Below are positions 21,346 through 31,700 of a stretch of DNA of 64,000 nt, in pieces. Source of the DNA: a bacterium (GTDB lineage Bacteria; Zhuqueibacterota; Zhuqueibacteria; Residuimicrobiales; Krinioviventaceae); contig CAXXFV010000013.1 in the NCBI GenBank assembly GCA_963674595.2, positions 21,261 to 85,260 of the forward strand, read 5' to 3'. The position numbers and the translations under genes were made by a program. Each line of letters opens with the position of its first letter. Within the stretch, counting starts at the first letter, position 1. The notes beneath the pieces are model-generated. The model ran no database searches. It was given only the letters and a program-made list of their open reading frames with translations, and was not told the origin of the DNA.

Positions 21346-22209
21346 CTACCAGCAATGCAAAGTTAAACCTAAATAAACTTTTAAAAAGAAATTCGGATCA
21401 AATTCCGGTACATCTGCCATGTGATATGATGGTGGATGCTGTTTTGTATTATTAACGTTCCAGTATTCTTTATTAAATGATATTGTGCCACCAATTTCGC
21501 AACCCAAAATATACAAACCTGGAAGTTTTTTTATTTTGAAATATTTATTAAATACAGCACCGTAAATCAAACCCGTATTATATGTTGAATAACGTTTGTC
21601 AGTAGTAAAAAAACAATTTAAATGTCTTATTCTATAACTCATTTCCGGATGTATCCATAAATACTCAAAACATATACCCAGGTAGGGGTAAACAATTAAA
21701 TTTGAATTCAGAAACGGACGAAAGCCTATTTTTATATCGGTATTCAGGTTGTAAAATAATATTTTACGATTAAAAGGAACAGTAATATCCAAAATAGTTT
21801 TCATTTCATTCTTTTCCAATTTATTAAATCCACCTGAAATACACGTGTTTAGAACAAGGTGTTTTTTTAAAAACGTTCCGTGAATATCAATTGGTAGAAA
21901 GTAGTCAACACCGTCAAGCTCATGGTATCTTTTCAACTGTGCATTAATGGCATTATATTCGACTTTTTCATATCCGAATGAAATACCCGTTATAATACTA
22001 TTTTGAGAAATATCATTATTCTGTTTTCCAAAAATTATCGTTGAATTGAGGACAAACACAACTATAAGCAAAAAATTTAATTTCATTTTAACCCCTGCTG
22101 TATAATAAACCGTATTTAACAGTAACTTTTTTACAAATGAGAAAGTTATATGAATTGATTTAAGAATTATAACGAGTGATGCATAGAAAGAGATGTTGGT
22201 CTTTTTCAT
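21346..22209 (-). CDS. Hypothetical exported protein, possible outer-membrane beta-barrel
   Basis: Alternating aromatic beta-strand pattern and aromatic C-terminus; second possible start with signal peptide at 22086. Confidence 0.55.
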   Translation of the reverse strand: MKKTNISFYASLVIILKSIHITFSFVKKLLLNTVYYTAGVKMKLNFLLIVVFVLNSTIIFGKQNNDISQNSIITGISFGYEKVEYNAINAQLKRYHELDGVDYFLPIDIHGTFLKKHLVLNTCISGGFNKLEKNEMKTILDITVPFNRKILFYNLNTDIKIGFRPFLNSNLIVYPYLGICFEYLWIHPEMSYRIRHLNCFFTTDKRYSTYNTGLIYGAVFNKYFKIKKLPGLYILGCEIGGTISFNKEYWNVNNTKQHPPSYHMADVPEFDPNFFLKVYLGLTLHCW

Positions 22210-22300
22210 TGTTTTTCCTTTTGCTGACCGTTATATTTCATTCCCTGTGTTTAAACATCTTGTTCTCTTTGTTCTTATTCCCGGGGCACACATAACGCTT

Positions 22301-23026
22301 TTAATATCCGCCGACGTCAACCATGCACCATTCATAATTACCTCTTATAGAGCCGGTTTTCGCATCAATTTCAATTCCATGTCCGCCCAATTTTTCCGTT
22401 TGATTTTTAATATACCAACAATAGCGTTTTACGGTTGGATTAACCCGGAAAACGACATGCCATGGAAAATAGCCTGGTGCAAATCCATTTACTTTTGCAA
22501 TTTCAACCGCTTGTCTATCGTTTATATTAAAAGGCATTTTCAATGTATTACCAGGGTCTCCATCCGTTACCGCCACATCTTCCACGATATGCCCCAAAGA
22601 ATTGTGATAGGTTGAAACTACCAGGTTTGTTCTATAGTCATTGATCGTTATTTGATGGAAATATGATACCAGGTATTTACTACAAATGTCATCGGTTTCA
22701 CAATAGTCAGAAAGGACCATAGATGAACGAAATTTCAAGTATTTATTAAAATAATCCAGACCAAAATGGTCTATTAAATATCCCCTTGAAACGGCAATAA
22801 TCGAATCCGGTACCTGTGCAAGATTAGTATTGTAACGATCATTATTTTCACTGAAAAGCAGGTATGGTTGACCATTTGATACTTTTAAAATACTATTACC
22901 CGGTGAGCGTAAAAAGTCCTCAACATTTTCTAAATTTTCAACGAAAACCAGCGATTTGTCCCGTTGACAGTTGACAAACAACAAACCTGTTATGATGACT
23001 AAAAAAACGGTCCTTGTTGTTTTCAT
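22301..23026 (-). CDS. Putative lipoprotein with PepSY-like C-terminus
   Basis: LLFVNC lipobox-like motif; INDRQAVEIAK...IEIDAKTGSI; GGAGG RBS. Confidence 0.65.
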   Translation of the reverse strand: MKTTRTVFLVIITGLLFVNCQRDKSLVFVENLENVEDFLRSPGNSILKVSNGQPYLLFSENNDRYNTNLAQVPDSIIAVSRGYLIDHFGLDYFNKYLKFRSSMVLSDYCETDDICSKYLVSYFHQITINDYRTNLVVSTYHNSLGHIVEDVAVTDGDPGNTLKMPFNINDRQAVEIAKVNGFAPGYFPWHVVFRVNPTVKRYCWYIKNQTEKLGGHGIEIDAKTGSIRGNYEWCMVDVGGY

Positions 23027-23195
23027 TTACCCCTCCATAAGTGATGATGACATTGCATTACGCATGAACAGTCATTGGATTTTTTCCCATGACATGACAA
23101 TTGCGAGATATAACAGAACTGAAATTTCTTGATAGATTTTTCACTGTCTGAAACATTCATATAATTTTAATTGTCTAGGTTAAAAATTATCAAAA

Positions 23196-23211
23196 AGCAA
23201 TTGATGTGCCA
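23196..23211 (-). promoter_or_regulatory. Sigma54 -24/-12 promoter
   Basis: TGGCACATCAATTGCT is a full consensus match; upstream inverted repeat CAGTTTTTTGA-N8-TCAAAAAACTG (23280-23309) is a candidate activator site. Confidence 0.75.
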
Positions 23212-23480
23212 TACCCTTAAATTATTGTAATTTATTGAATTAAATTATTTTAACAGGAAAGATTTATATTATTAGTTTACAGTTTTTTGAAAAAACCATC
23301 AAAAAACTGAGGTCGCTATCCTTAAAAACAGATATATTTCCGAAAAAAAATGTGATCGTCCAGGGGTTTCTTTGAACAGATTAACAAAAGGTCTTGGCCT
23401 TTTATATAAAACATTCATTATTTATGGTCATAACGTGTAAAAGCCAAGCCTTTACTTTATTACGTTTTTACTTCTTAATC

Positions 23481-23515
23481 ATGCAATGATGCGGTAGAAC
23501 CGCACCCTGCTGACT
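23481..23515 (+). repeat. Repeat module E: (TGCAAT)GGTGCGGTAGAACCGCACCCT(A/G)C, a GTAG-type REP on the minus strand
   Basis: Copies at about 1074, 23481, 38964, 45816, 49488, 50338, 52364, 52905, 53151, 54141. Confidence 0.85.
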
Positions 23516-23544
23516 TTTACAAACAACAAAACCTTTTATTTCTG

Positions 23545-24387
23545 CTATTCAAAACTTTTCCTGTTTGCCATCATTTCAAGTTTTTCAATCCGGTCTTGAA
23601 CAGGCGGATGTGTTGAAAAAAGTTTTTGCAGCCCGCCCAAAAACGGGTTCACAATAAACATATGAGCATGGGCCGGGTTACCGCGTGTCATAGACCTCTG
23701 CTGAATTCCGTTACTGATTTTAACCAAAGCATTGGCAAGGCCCAGGGGTTTATTTGATATTTCAGCGCCGCCGGCATCTGCCGCATATTCACGGGTCCGG
23801 GAAATCATTGAACGGATTAACATTCCTGCCAGAGGTGCGCCGACAAGCACAAAAATAAGCGCTAAAGGATTTTGGCGCTGCTGAGAGTTCCTCATGGACC
23901 CGCTAAACCTCGCAAACTGACCCAGCATGGCCAACGCGCCTGCCATGGTGGCGGCTATTGTTCCTGTTAAAATATCACGATGCCGAACATGGGCCAGCTC
24001 ATGGGCCATTACCCCCTCTAATTCGTCATCATTTAAAATATTCAAAATCCCCTCAGTTGCCGCCACAGCCGCATGCTGCGGATTCCTTCCGGTGGCAAAG
24101 GCATTCGGGGTTTGTTCCGGCACAACATAAACTTTTGGCATGGGAAGGTCGGCCTTTTGCGACAGGTCCCGGACAATGCGGTAAAGCCGTGATTCAGGTC
24201 CGGCTTCCTGGACCCGGTATTGTTTCAATACCATTTTGTCACTAAACCAGTAAGCATAAAAATTCATGGCGCCTGCTGCCAGGAAAGCAATAAAAGCGCC
24301 CTGACTGCCGGCCACGGCTCCGCCAATATAGACAAAAAGTACTGTTAGAACCGTCATTAACAAAAAAGTACGAACATTGTTGCCCAT
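23545..24387 (-). CDS. htpX: Zinc metalloprotease HtpX (M48)
   Basis: PNAFATGRNPQHAAVAAT, AHELAH, SRTREYAAD and FSTHPP motifs. Confidence 0.95.
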   Translation of the reverse strand: MGNNVRTFLLMTVLTVLFVYIGGAVAGSQGAFIAFLAAGAMNFYAYWFSDKMVLKQYRVQEAGPESRLYRIVRDLSQKADLPMPKVYVVPEQTPNAFATGRNPQHAAVAATEGILNILNDDELEGVMAHELAHVRHRDILTGTIAATMAGALAMLGQFARFSGSMRNSQQRQNPLALIFVLVGAPLAGMLIRSMISRTREYAADAGGAEISNKPLGLANALVKISNGIQQRSMTRGNPAHAHMFIVNPFLGGLQKLFSTHPPVQDRIEKLEMMANRKSFE

Positions 24388-24635
24388 TTTATTACCTCAC
24401 AGATCAGAACCGTCTCACGGTCCGTTCATTTTTAATTTTTTCGTCTATCCGGATACAGTGGTATCACACGGACTTGTAATCCGGGTAAAAACAGACGTAT
24501 CCTGTTCCGATCCAATCAACTGATGGACCAGCCCGTCTCTTATAATTTTAATCCGGGTTTTCTGAGAATCCCGGTGGTGGAATTGATGCAATTCCATCGT
24601 CAATTCATACACCAAATTCCCGCAAAACCGCTTGC

Positions 24636-24839
24636 CTAGTCTTTTAAAACAAACGTAACTTTCATCACAACACGATATTCCTTTATCTCGCCGTCCACAA
24701 CCTCCACATGTTGATCTTTAATCCAGGCTCCCTTGACATTATCAAGAGTTTTATTGGCCCTTTTGATTCCCCTTTTAATAGCATCGTCAAAACTTTCTTT
24801 GGAAGATGATATAATTTCAGTGACCTTTGCTACACTCAT
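24636..24839 (-). CDS. Dodecin family protein
   Basis: MSVAKVTEIISSSKESFDDAI...EYRVVMKVTFVL, 67 aa, AAGGAG RBS. Confidence 0.92.
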   Translation of the reverse strand: MSVAKVTEIISSSKESFDDAIKRGIKRANKTLDNVKGAWIKDQHVEVVDGEIKEYRVVMKVTFVLKD

Positions 24840-25094
24840 GGTTATCTCCTTTTAAATCAAAAATGATTGATTTGAATGATAATTACAACTTGACACCTGC
24901 ATAACATATCACAAGCAGGATAATATTTCCAAATTTATTATTTAGCCGCGATGTAACAATATTTAAATTGAATCAATAAAAATATAATGGTTATGCCACA
25001 CGTTCGCCTTTCAATTTATCTTTCAACGCTTGTTGATCGTACAAGGGTACGGAATAACAAAGGGGCTTTGCCCTTTTATGAAAAACATTCCTAC

Positions 25095-25156
25095 CCGCTC
25101 GCAGGGGATTTGCAATCCCCTGCGGAACCAATGAAACCGGGATTTTATCCCCAATG
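25095..25156 (+). repeat. Repeat module B: CCGCTCGCAGGGGATTTGCAATCCCCTGCGGAACCAATGAAACCGGGATTTTATCCCCAATG
   Basis: 11-bp perfect stem at 25100-25124 plus a conserved asymmetric tail. Full or partial copies at 950, 1925, 14118, 17957, 25095, 26771, 28637, 33738, 33846, 37205, 39325, 42005, 44309, 50273, 55178/56907 (split by IS), 58033, all in the same orientation. Confidence 0.95.
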
Positions 25157-25255
25157 GAAACCGCATTCCACAACTTTGAATTGCATATTATAAAATAAAT
25201 AGATATAATTTATTATTGTTTAGACAAAGACATCAATTACAATGCGGAGAAGACT

Positions 25256-26500
25256 ATGAATCATGACTATTTAAAGATAAGTTTGGAATCAAACCTGAAA
25301 GATGAACTCTATGATCTGCTGGAAGGAGACATTATTGAAGAGATTATACAACAGGGACAAGTTGGTAAAGAAATGAACTTTTGGAAGATGATTCATGAAG
25401 GTCACAGCTTCAAGATTACAAAAAACCTGGCGCCAAGAATATTTAAATTGTGCACCGAAGCAAAAGATGCCTTGAGCTTTGACGAGGATATTGACTTTTT
25501 CATAGCCAATTCACCGGAAACAAATGCGGTTGCCGTGCCCAAATTTGGAGAGGAGAGCAAACACCTTGTCATATTAAACTCTGAGATTATAGAAAAATTT
25601 GATGACGATGAACTCAAATTTATCATCGGACATGAAATCGGCCATTTGATCAGTGATTACGGCACATTTTCAAGAATTTTAAACTTTGTTTTTCCTGAAT
25701 TCAAACAAATACCCATTGTTTTTAAAAATAAAATCATACTCTGGCAAAAGTTATCAGAACTGACGGCCGATCGTTATGGATTTATCGCTTCACCAAACCT
25801 GGAAAAATGTTTATCCAATTTTTTCAAACTGGCATCGGGATTGGACACGACCAAAATATCCTTTAATGCAGACGCCTATTTGACGGAAACAAATCAGCTC
25901 ATTGACAAATTTAAAAAAGAGCCCTATTCCATGATTTCATCCCACCCGGTTAATCCAGTCAGGATAAAAGCAATACAGTACTTTAGTGAATCTGATCTAT
26001 TCAAAAAAATTAAAAATCATAAAGCGATAAAAAAAGATGATGCACTTGACAAAAATATAAGTGAGCTCAGCAGCCTGTTGATGGTCCTTTCCAATTCGGA
26101 ACTGGATGCTCACCGGACCTATTTTATAGCATCGGCCGGTATTTTGTCGGCTTCAATTGATAAAAAAATAGGTATTGAAGAACTGGACCATATTATAGAT
26201 GTGTTGGGCAATTTTACAATGTTCCCCAAGGCTTTCATAGATAATCTTGCACAAGCGGGTGATGTTCAAAACGTCTTCCTGCAATCAACGGGCGCCATAT
26301 TGAAAATAAATCCGGGGGAACGATTCAACATGTTTGCTTTTTTAATAGAAATGGTCCTTGCAGATAAAAAAATCGCCAAAGAAGAGATAGAATTTCTTTA
26401 TACCACCGGAAAAGGGGTATTCGGATTTCAAAAAAAGGAAACAGCGCAGATGATTGGGGAGGCAATCCGCAACAAGTTTATGCCAAGGTCTTATAATTGA
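25256..26500 (+). CDS. M48 family metallopeptidase with C-terminal TerB-like domain
   Basis: ELKFIIGHEIGH, SELTADR, SSHP; C-terminal SIDKKIGIEE and LADKKIAKEE motifs resembling TerB. Confidence 0.8.
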   Translation: MNHDYLKISLESNLKDELYDLLEGDIIEEIIQQGQVGKEMNFWKMIHEGHSFKITKNLAPRIFKLCTEAKDALSFDEDIDFFIANSPETNAVAVPKFGEESKHLVILNSEIIEKFDDDELKFIIGHEIGHLISDYGTFSRILNFVFPEFKQIPIVFKNKIILWQKLSELTADRYGFIASPNLEKCLSNFFKLASGLDTTKISFNADAYLTETNQLIDKFKKEPYSMISSHPVNPVRIKAIQYFSESDLFKKIKNHKAIKKDDALDKNISELSSLLMVLSNSELDAHRTYFIASAGILSASIDKKIGIEELDHIIDVLGNFTMFPKAFIDNLAQAGDVQNVFLQSTGAILKINPGERFNMFAFLIEMVLADKKIAKEEIEFLYTTGKGVFGFQKKETAQMIGEAIRNKFMPRSYN

Positions 26501-27182
26501 AATGCTTAAATCTTGATCGTCCGGGAATTCATACCCTTCGACGACGCTCAGGGTGACACTCGCCAACAGCGAAGGGTAATGCCGCTCGGTTTCGACTCTC
26601 ACAAAGCTCACAAAGGATGATTTAAATTGTTATTTCTTTGTGTGCCTTGTGTACTTTGTGAGGATTTAAATTAACCAGGACATTTGGCCCTGTTGAAAAT
26701 GACAAGTTACCTTTTTTGAATATTCTCGTTTAATCTCGATTTTGTAAAAAATTCAGGACAGACTAATTCTCCACTCGCAGGGGATTCGCAATCCCCTATG
26801 GAGCCAATAAAACCAGAATTTTATCCCCAATGCCAAAAACCTGATCGTACAAGGGTTCTACCCTTGTACGCAATAACAAAAGGGCTTTGCCCTTATCCGT
26901 TCTCAAATAACGGGTCCATATTAATATTCACATCATTTAGCCTCAATTTAATTTGCGCCCTGGGAAATTTCCTGCAAAAGCAGTGTGGATGAAATTTTTC
27001 GTTTGATCAACTATTTTTTTCAAAAATCCGAAAATTATGTTTGACATTTATCATAAAATTGTTTTATTATACGGTATGCGTTATATCTTTATGTTTTGTT
27101 GAATGTTTAGCGATAACTTTTTTGGAATAACTCTGGCTCTTTTTCTCAAAATTATTCTTTTAAAGGGACAGTGTATTTATTT

Positions 27183-27533
27183 ATGAAAAAAATCTTTTTG
27201 ATTAAAGTGTTTTTATTTATAATATTGTTCACAAACGTGTTTGCTCTGTTTGCTGCTGATTCTATCAACGTTAAAAATGCCGGCATGGATGCTGTCAATG
27301 GAAATTATGAATTAAAAGGGACTTTTAACAATCACCCGTTATATGTCAAGGGCGATTGCCAGATCCGTTACAAGGGATGCAAAAGCAAATGGGTCATTCT
27401 TTATAAAAATATATCATATTATAAAAACTATAACGATAGTGACATTTGTCCAATACTGGATTGGCAAATGACCTGTGCAGCAAAAAAAGACTCTCTCCAG
27501 GCGCCGGTTTTAACTGTTATTGATGATAAATAG
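27183..27533 (+). CDS. Small secreted Cys-containing protein
   Basis: Signal peptide; domain resembles the N-terminus of the next gene. Confidence 0.7.
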   Translation: MKKIFLIKVFLFIILFTNVFALFAADSINVKNAGMDAVNGNYELKGTFNNHPLYVKGDCQIRYKGCKSKWVILYKNISYYKNYNDSDICPILDWQMTCAAKKDSLQAPVLTVIDDK

Positions 27534-27588
27534 ATTGCAAATACCTGTTATGGCGAAAGAATAAAAAGCAGTAGAAAGGAAGAAGACC

Positions 27589-28587
27589 ATGGGTTTATTC
27601 AAAAGAGTTGTTGTGATAGCTTGCCTGATAACATCAATTCGGCTTTATGCCGATGACCCGCCCTCTTGTTACATTGTCAGCAATGCTGAGAACAGTAGCT
27701 ATAACGGCACCTATCTATTGTTAAACAGAACATGTGATAATCGCCCACTATACGCGATGGCTGTGGGATCTGATAGCATTTTTTTAGGAAACAAAGGTTG
27801 TACTACTAAATGGGCATTAGCATTAAATGATATTACATATGAATGCCCGACATATACAATAGATAGTGATGGCGATTTGCCGCCCTCCTCGGGATATTAT
27901 CAAGGATCAATTGGCGCTAATCCTGGTGGTGTTACACCATCGAACCTCGTTATAACCAACGGTGACGGATCTTTACCGGTTGAACTGTCTGCTTTTTCAG
28001 CCTGTGAAGAAAACGGAGTGGTTGTTATTTCATGGACAACCCAGAGTGAAATTGATCATTTGGGTTTTATCTTACAACGTGCCATAAAAGCTGATGAGGA
28101 TGCAAACTGGCAGACGGTTGCCAGCTATAAAACCAATTCTCATTTAAAAGCAAGCGGCGACAGCCGAAACGCCAAAACTTATGAGTTGCGCGATAAAACG
28201 GTTGAAAACGAAACCGTATATTATTACCGATTGAAAAGTGTGAATATTGACGGTTCAGTTGAATACTCTTATGCTATTTCGGTTGAAACCAGTGTTGCAG
28301 CGCCTGTTGAATTTGCTTTGCATCACGCTTTTCCCAATCCCTTTAATCCTGAAACAACACTCACATTTGATCTTGCCCGGGCTTGTAATGTTTCTTTGAT
28401 TGTTTCAGATATTACCGGAAAACAAATCAGGGCATTATTGTATAATTACATGTCTGAGGGAAACCATACAGTGAAATGGGATGGATTGGACCACCAGGGT
28501 AATCGTGCCGTCAGTGGAGTTTATTTTATTACACTAGAGACAAATATGGGGCACCGGTTTACAGAAAAAGTTTTAATGTTGAAATAG
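27589..28587 (+). CDS. Secreted protein with C-terminal FlgD-Ig/T9SS-type sorting domain
   Basis: SLPVELSAFSA...WTTQSEIDHLGF domain and AFPNPFNPET C-terminal domain. Confidence 0.85.
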   Translation: MGLFKRVVVIACLITSIRLYADDPPSCYIVSNAENSSYNGTYLLLNRTCDNRPLYAMAVGSDSIFLGNKGCTTKWALALNDITYECPTYTIDSDGDLPPSSGYYQGSIGANPGGVTPSNLVITNGDGSLPVELSAFSACEENGVVVISWTTQSEIDHLGFILQRAIKADEDANWQTVASYKTNSHLKASGDSRNAKTYELRDKTVENETVYYYRLKSVNIDGSVEYSYAISVETSVAAPVEFALHHAFPNPFNPETTLTFDLARACNVSLIVSDITGKQIRALLYNYMSEGNHTVKWDGLDHQGNRAVSGVYFITLETNMGHRFTEKVLMLK

Positions 28588-28590
28588 ATC

Positions 28591-28620
28591 AAAAGCGGCA
28601 TATTTTGCCGCTTTTTTTTT
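28591..28620 (+). terminator. Rho-independent terminator
   Basis: AAAAGCGGCA-loop-TGCCGCTTTTTTTTT immediately after the stop at 28587. Confidence 0.88.
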
Positions 28621-28781
28621 ACTCTCCCCGAAATTTCCGCTCGCAGGGGATTTGCAATCCCATGCGGAACCAATAAAACCGGGATTTTATCCCCGATGGA
28701 ATTAAATTCTCCCGCCTCGACTCTGGCCTTGAACGAAGCCGAAAAGCCGCTCATGAAAGAGTCCCTGAAAAATCAAAATAA

Positions 28782-31700
28782 TTATACCCTTGGTTTATAT
28801 TGTTCTTCCTTTATGACAATTTTCCATGTTAAACCATTTACATTATCAACTTTAATCCGGCCGTCAAGCTGGTTTTCAACCAGGCTGAATACTGTTTTAA
28901 GGCCTAAATTAATATCCCTTTCTATATCAAATCCATCCTCAAAACCAATACCATTATCACTTAAAATAATATAAAGTTCACCTTGCCGCGATGTTGATAT
29001 ATTTATTTTTATCATTCCCTCCCGGTTTTCGGGAAAAGCATGTTTAATACTATTTGATATCAATTCATTCAAAACCAATCCCAGGGGTGCAGCCGTATCA
29101 ATGAGTATATTAATGTCCTCGCATTCACAAAAAAACCGGACATTGTTTGAAACAAGGTAACTCGATTTTATCAAAGGTAACAACTTTGTTATATAATCAT
29201 TTAAATTTAAATGTGACAGGTCTTTGGACTCATATAACATTTGATGAACAAGTGACATTGATATAATTTTTCCTTCAATCTCTTTAAATATGAGGTTGAT
29301 TTTTTCATTAGATTCCCGTGTTGCGTACAGTCTAAGCATGGATGAAATAATTTGCATATTGTTTTTCGTTCTGTGATAGAGTTCACGCAATAGAATTTCT
29401 TTTTCTTCAAGTGAAGCTTTAATTTTGTCTTCATATATTTTACGTTCGGTAATATCACTGACAACACCGGTAACCTTTTTAACGTTACCCTGAACATCTC
29501 TTTCTACCTCGGCTATTGAATGAATTGTTTTCCGAATTCCCTTATCAGCCGTTAAGATATCAAAGACCAGATCGTATTTTTTCTCATATTCTATCAGATC
29601 AATTAAGGCCTGATGCACCCGGTCTCTTTCCGGAATGCAGCTTTCCACATTCTCTGTAGTAAAATCCGGGCTCTCCAGTTCAAAACCATAGATCCTTTTG
29701 GCTTCATCCGAACCCCAAAATTTTGTCGTTACAGGGTCATATTCCCAATTACCTACATGCCCCATGGCCTGAGCTTTTTTATAGCGATTTTGATTAATCA
29801 GGAGGTCTTTTTCCATTTGCTTACGTTCTGTGATATCTGTTACAACCGCTTCAATAGCAATCGGATTTCCTGTTTCATCTTTTCGCAATGTATTACGCTG
29901 GTTCAACCATTTTTCTTTGCCGTCCTTGCAGATGATCTGATATTCGCAGGATGGTGGTAATTTACCATCAATCATTTTGTGACATTCATTTTTGAAATAT
30001 TCTTCCCAATCCGGATGAATCATTTTCCTGAACAATAAAGGATCTTTATAAAACTCATTTGGTGAATATCCCGTAATATCTAAAGACGCTGGACTGATAT
30101 ACTCGTAAATTGCATCCGGAATGGACATACGATAAATCATATCTTTGGCATTTTCAGCCAATAAGCGGAAGAGCCGCTCACTTTCTTTTAGTTTTACTTG
30201 TGCCTGTCTTTTATCGGTTATGTCACGAGTTACTCCTGCAATACCAACAATAGTACCATCAGCATCATGGAGAGGATTTAAAATTACATCATAGTGTCTG
30301 ATCTCACCAGTGCGGTCGGGAGTTGATGTTTCGGAAATGACCGTCGAATTCGTCTCATACACCATTCTATGGAGTTCGTCCCATTCCTGACACATCTCCT
30401 CAGGGAAATTCAGCTCTCTGTGAGTTTTTCCCAGAATTTGGTCCACAGGCAGCCCAAAAAACTTGACCAGACTGGGACTGGCATGAGTGAATCTGCTGTC
30501 ACGGTCGTAACTGTGGATATAATCAACTGAAGCGTTATCTATCAAACGGTATTTTTCTTCGCTGGTTTTTAAAGCTATTTCGGCCTGTTTTTCTTTCGTT
30601 ACATCCTGTAATGTTCCATAGATTTTTATGCATATATCATTTTCCATTATCCTGCGGCCATGAGCCCTAAACCACCTTATATTTCCCTTTGCCGTTTTCG
30701 CCCTGGCCTCAAAATCCAGTTCAATTCCATGCTCTATCAGATCTGTCATTTTTTTTGAAATCATTTCCCGATATTCAGGCAGGTAAAATTCCACATGTTC
30801 ATCAGGTCCGGGAACTGGATGGTTATAATCGATTTCTACAACATCATAGGTCCCTTTTGTCCAAAGTGCCGTTCGATGAATTAAATCCATTTCCCAGCCA
30901 CCGATATTGGCAATATTGCCGACTTCTGTGAGCAGAGCGTCGTTTTTTAACAACTTTTCTTCTGCTTGTTTTTTTTCTGTAATATCTTGTGCAGCGCCCC
31001 ATAAAGCTGTGGTTTTTCCCTCTGCATTTTGAATGGCTTCACCACGCACCCACATCCAACCTTTGCTTCCGTCTTTTTTTACCGTTACCAGTTCGAGTTC
31101 ATATGCAATCCCTGTTTTTCTCGTCTTTTCCAAAGCAGATGACAGAACATCCCAACTTTCAGGTGTAAACAACTTCATATGTTCGGTATAGGGCGGCACT
31201 GGAAGTGCAGGATCAAAACCATACATTCTATACAGTTCTTCTGACCATGTAACCTGATTTGTTGCTACATCCAGATACCAACTTCCTATATGCGCTAATG
31301 CCTGCGCTTTTTTAAGCTCTTTTTCGTTATTTTCTGCTCGTTCTTTGGCTTTTATTAACTCCTCTTCTGCTTTTTTTTGTTCGGTAATATCATCAAAAAT
31401 CACACAAAAACGATCCTTAGTATCCCAGGGGCGATATGCCCGACAGTGATAGAGTTTTTGGGTCGGCCCATGATAATTATCGAAAATCAGGGTTTCACCT
31501 GTAACAGCAGCATGTCCATATTTTTCAATCCAACTTTGTTCTGTTCCGGGCCACACTTGATGAACTGTTTTTCCTTTTACTTTATCATCTTTCACACCGG
31601 TAATTTTTTCAAAAACTTCATTGATATACACAAACCTGTAACTGACAAATTTACCATTTTTATCAAACACAGAATCGAATATCACAAAGGCATTCAGCAT

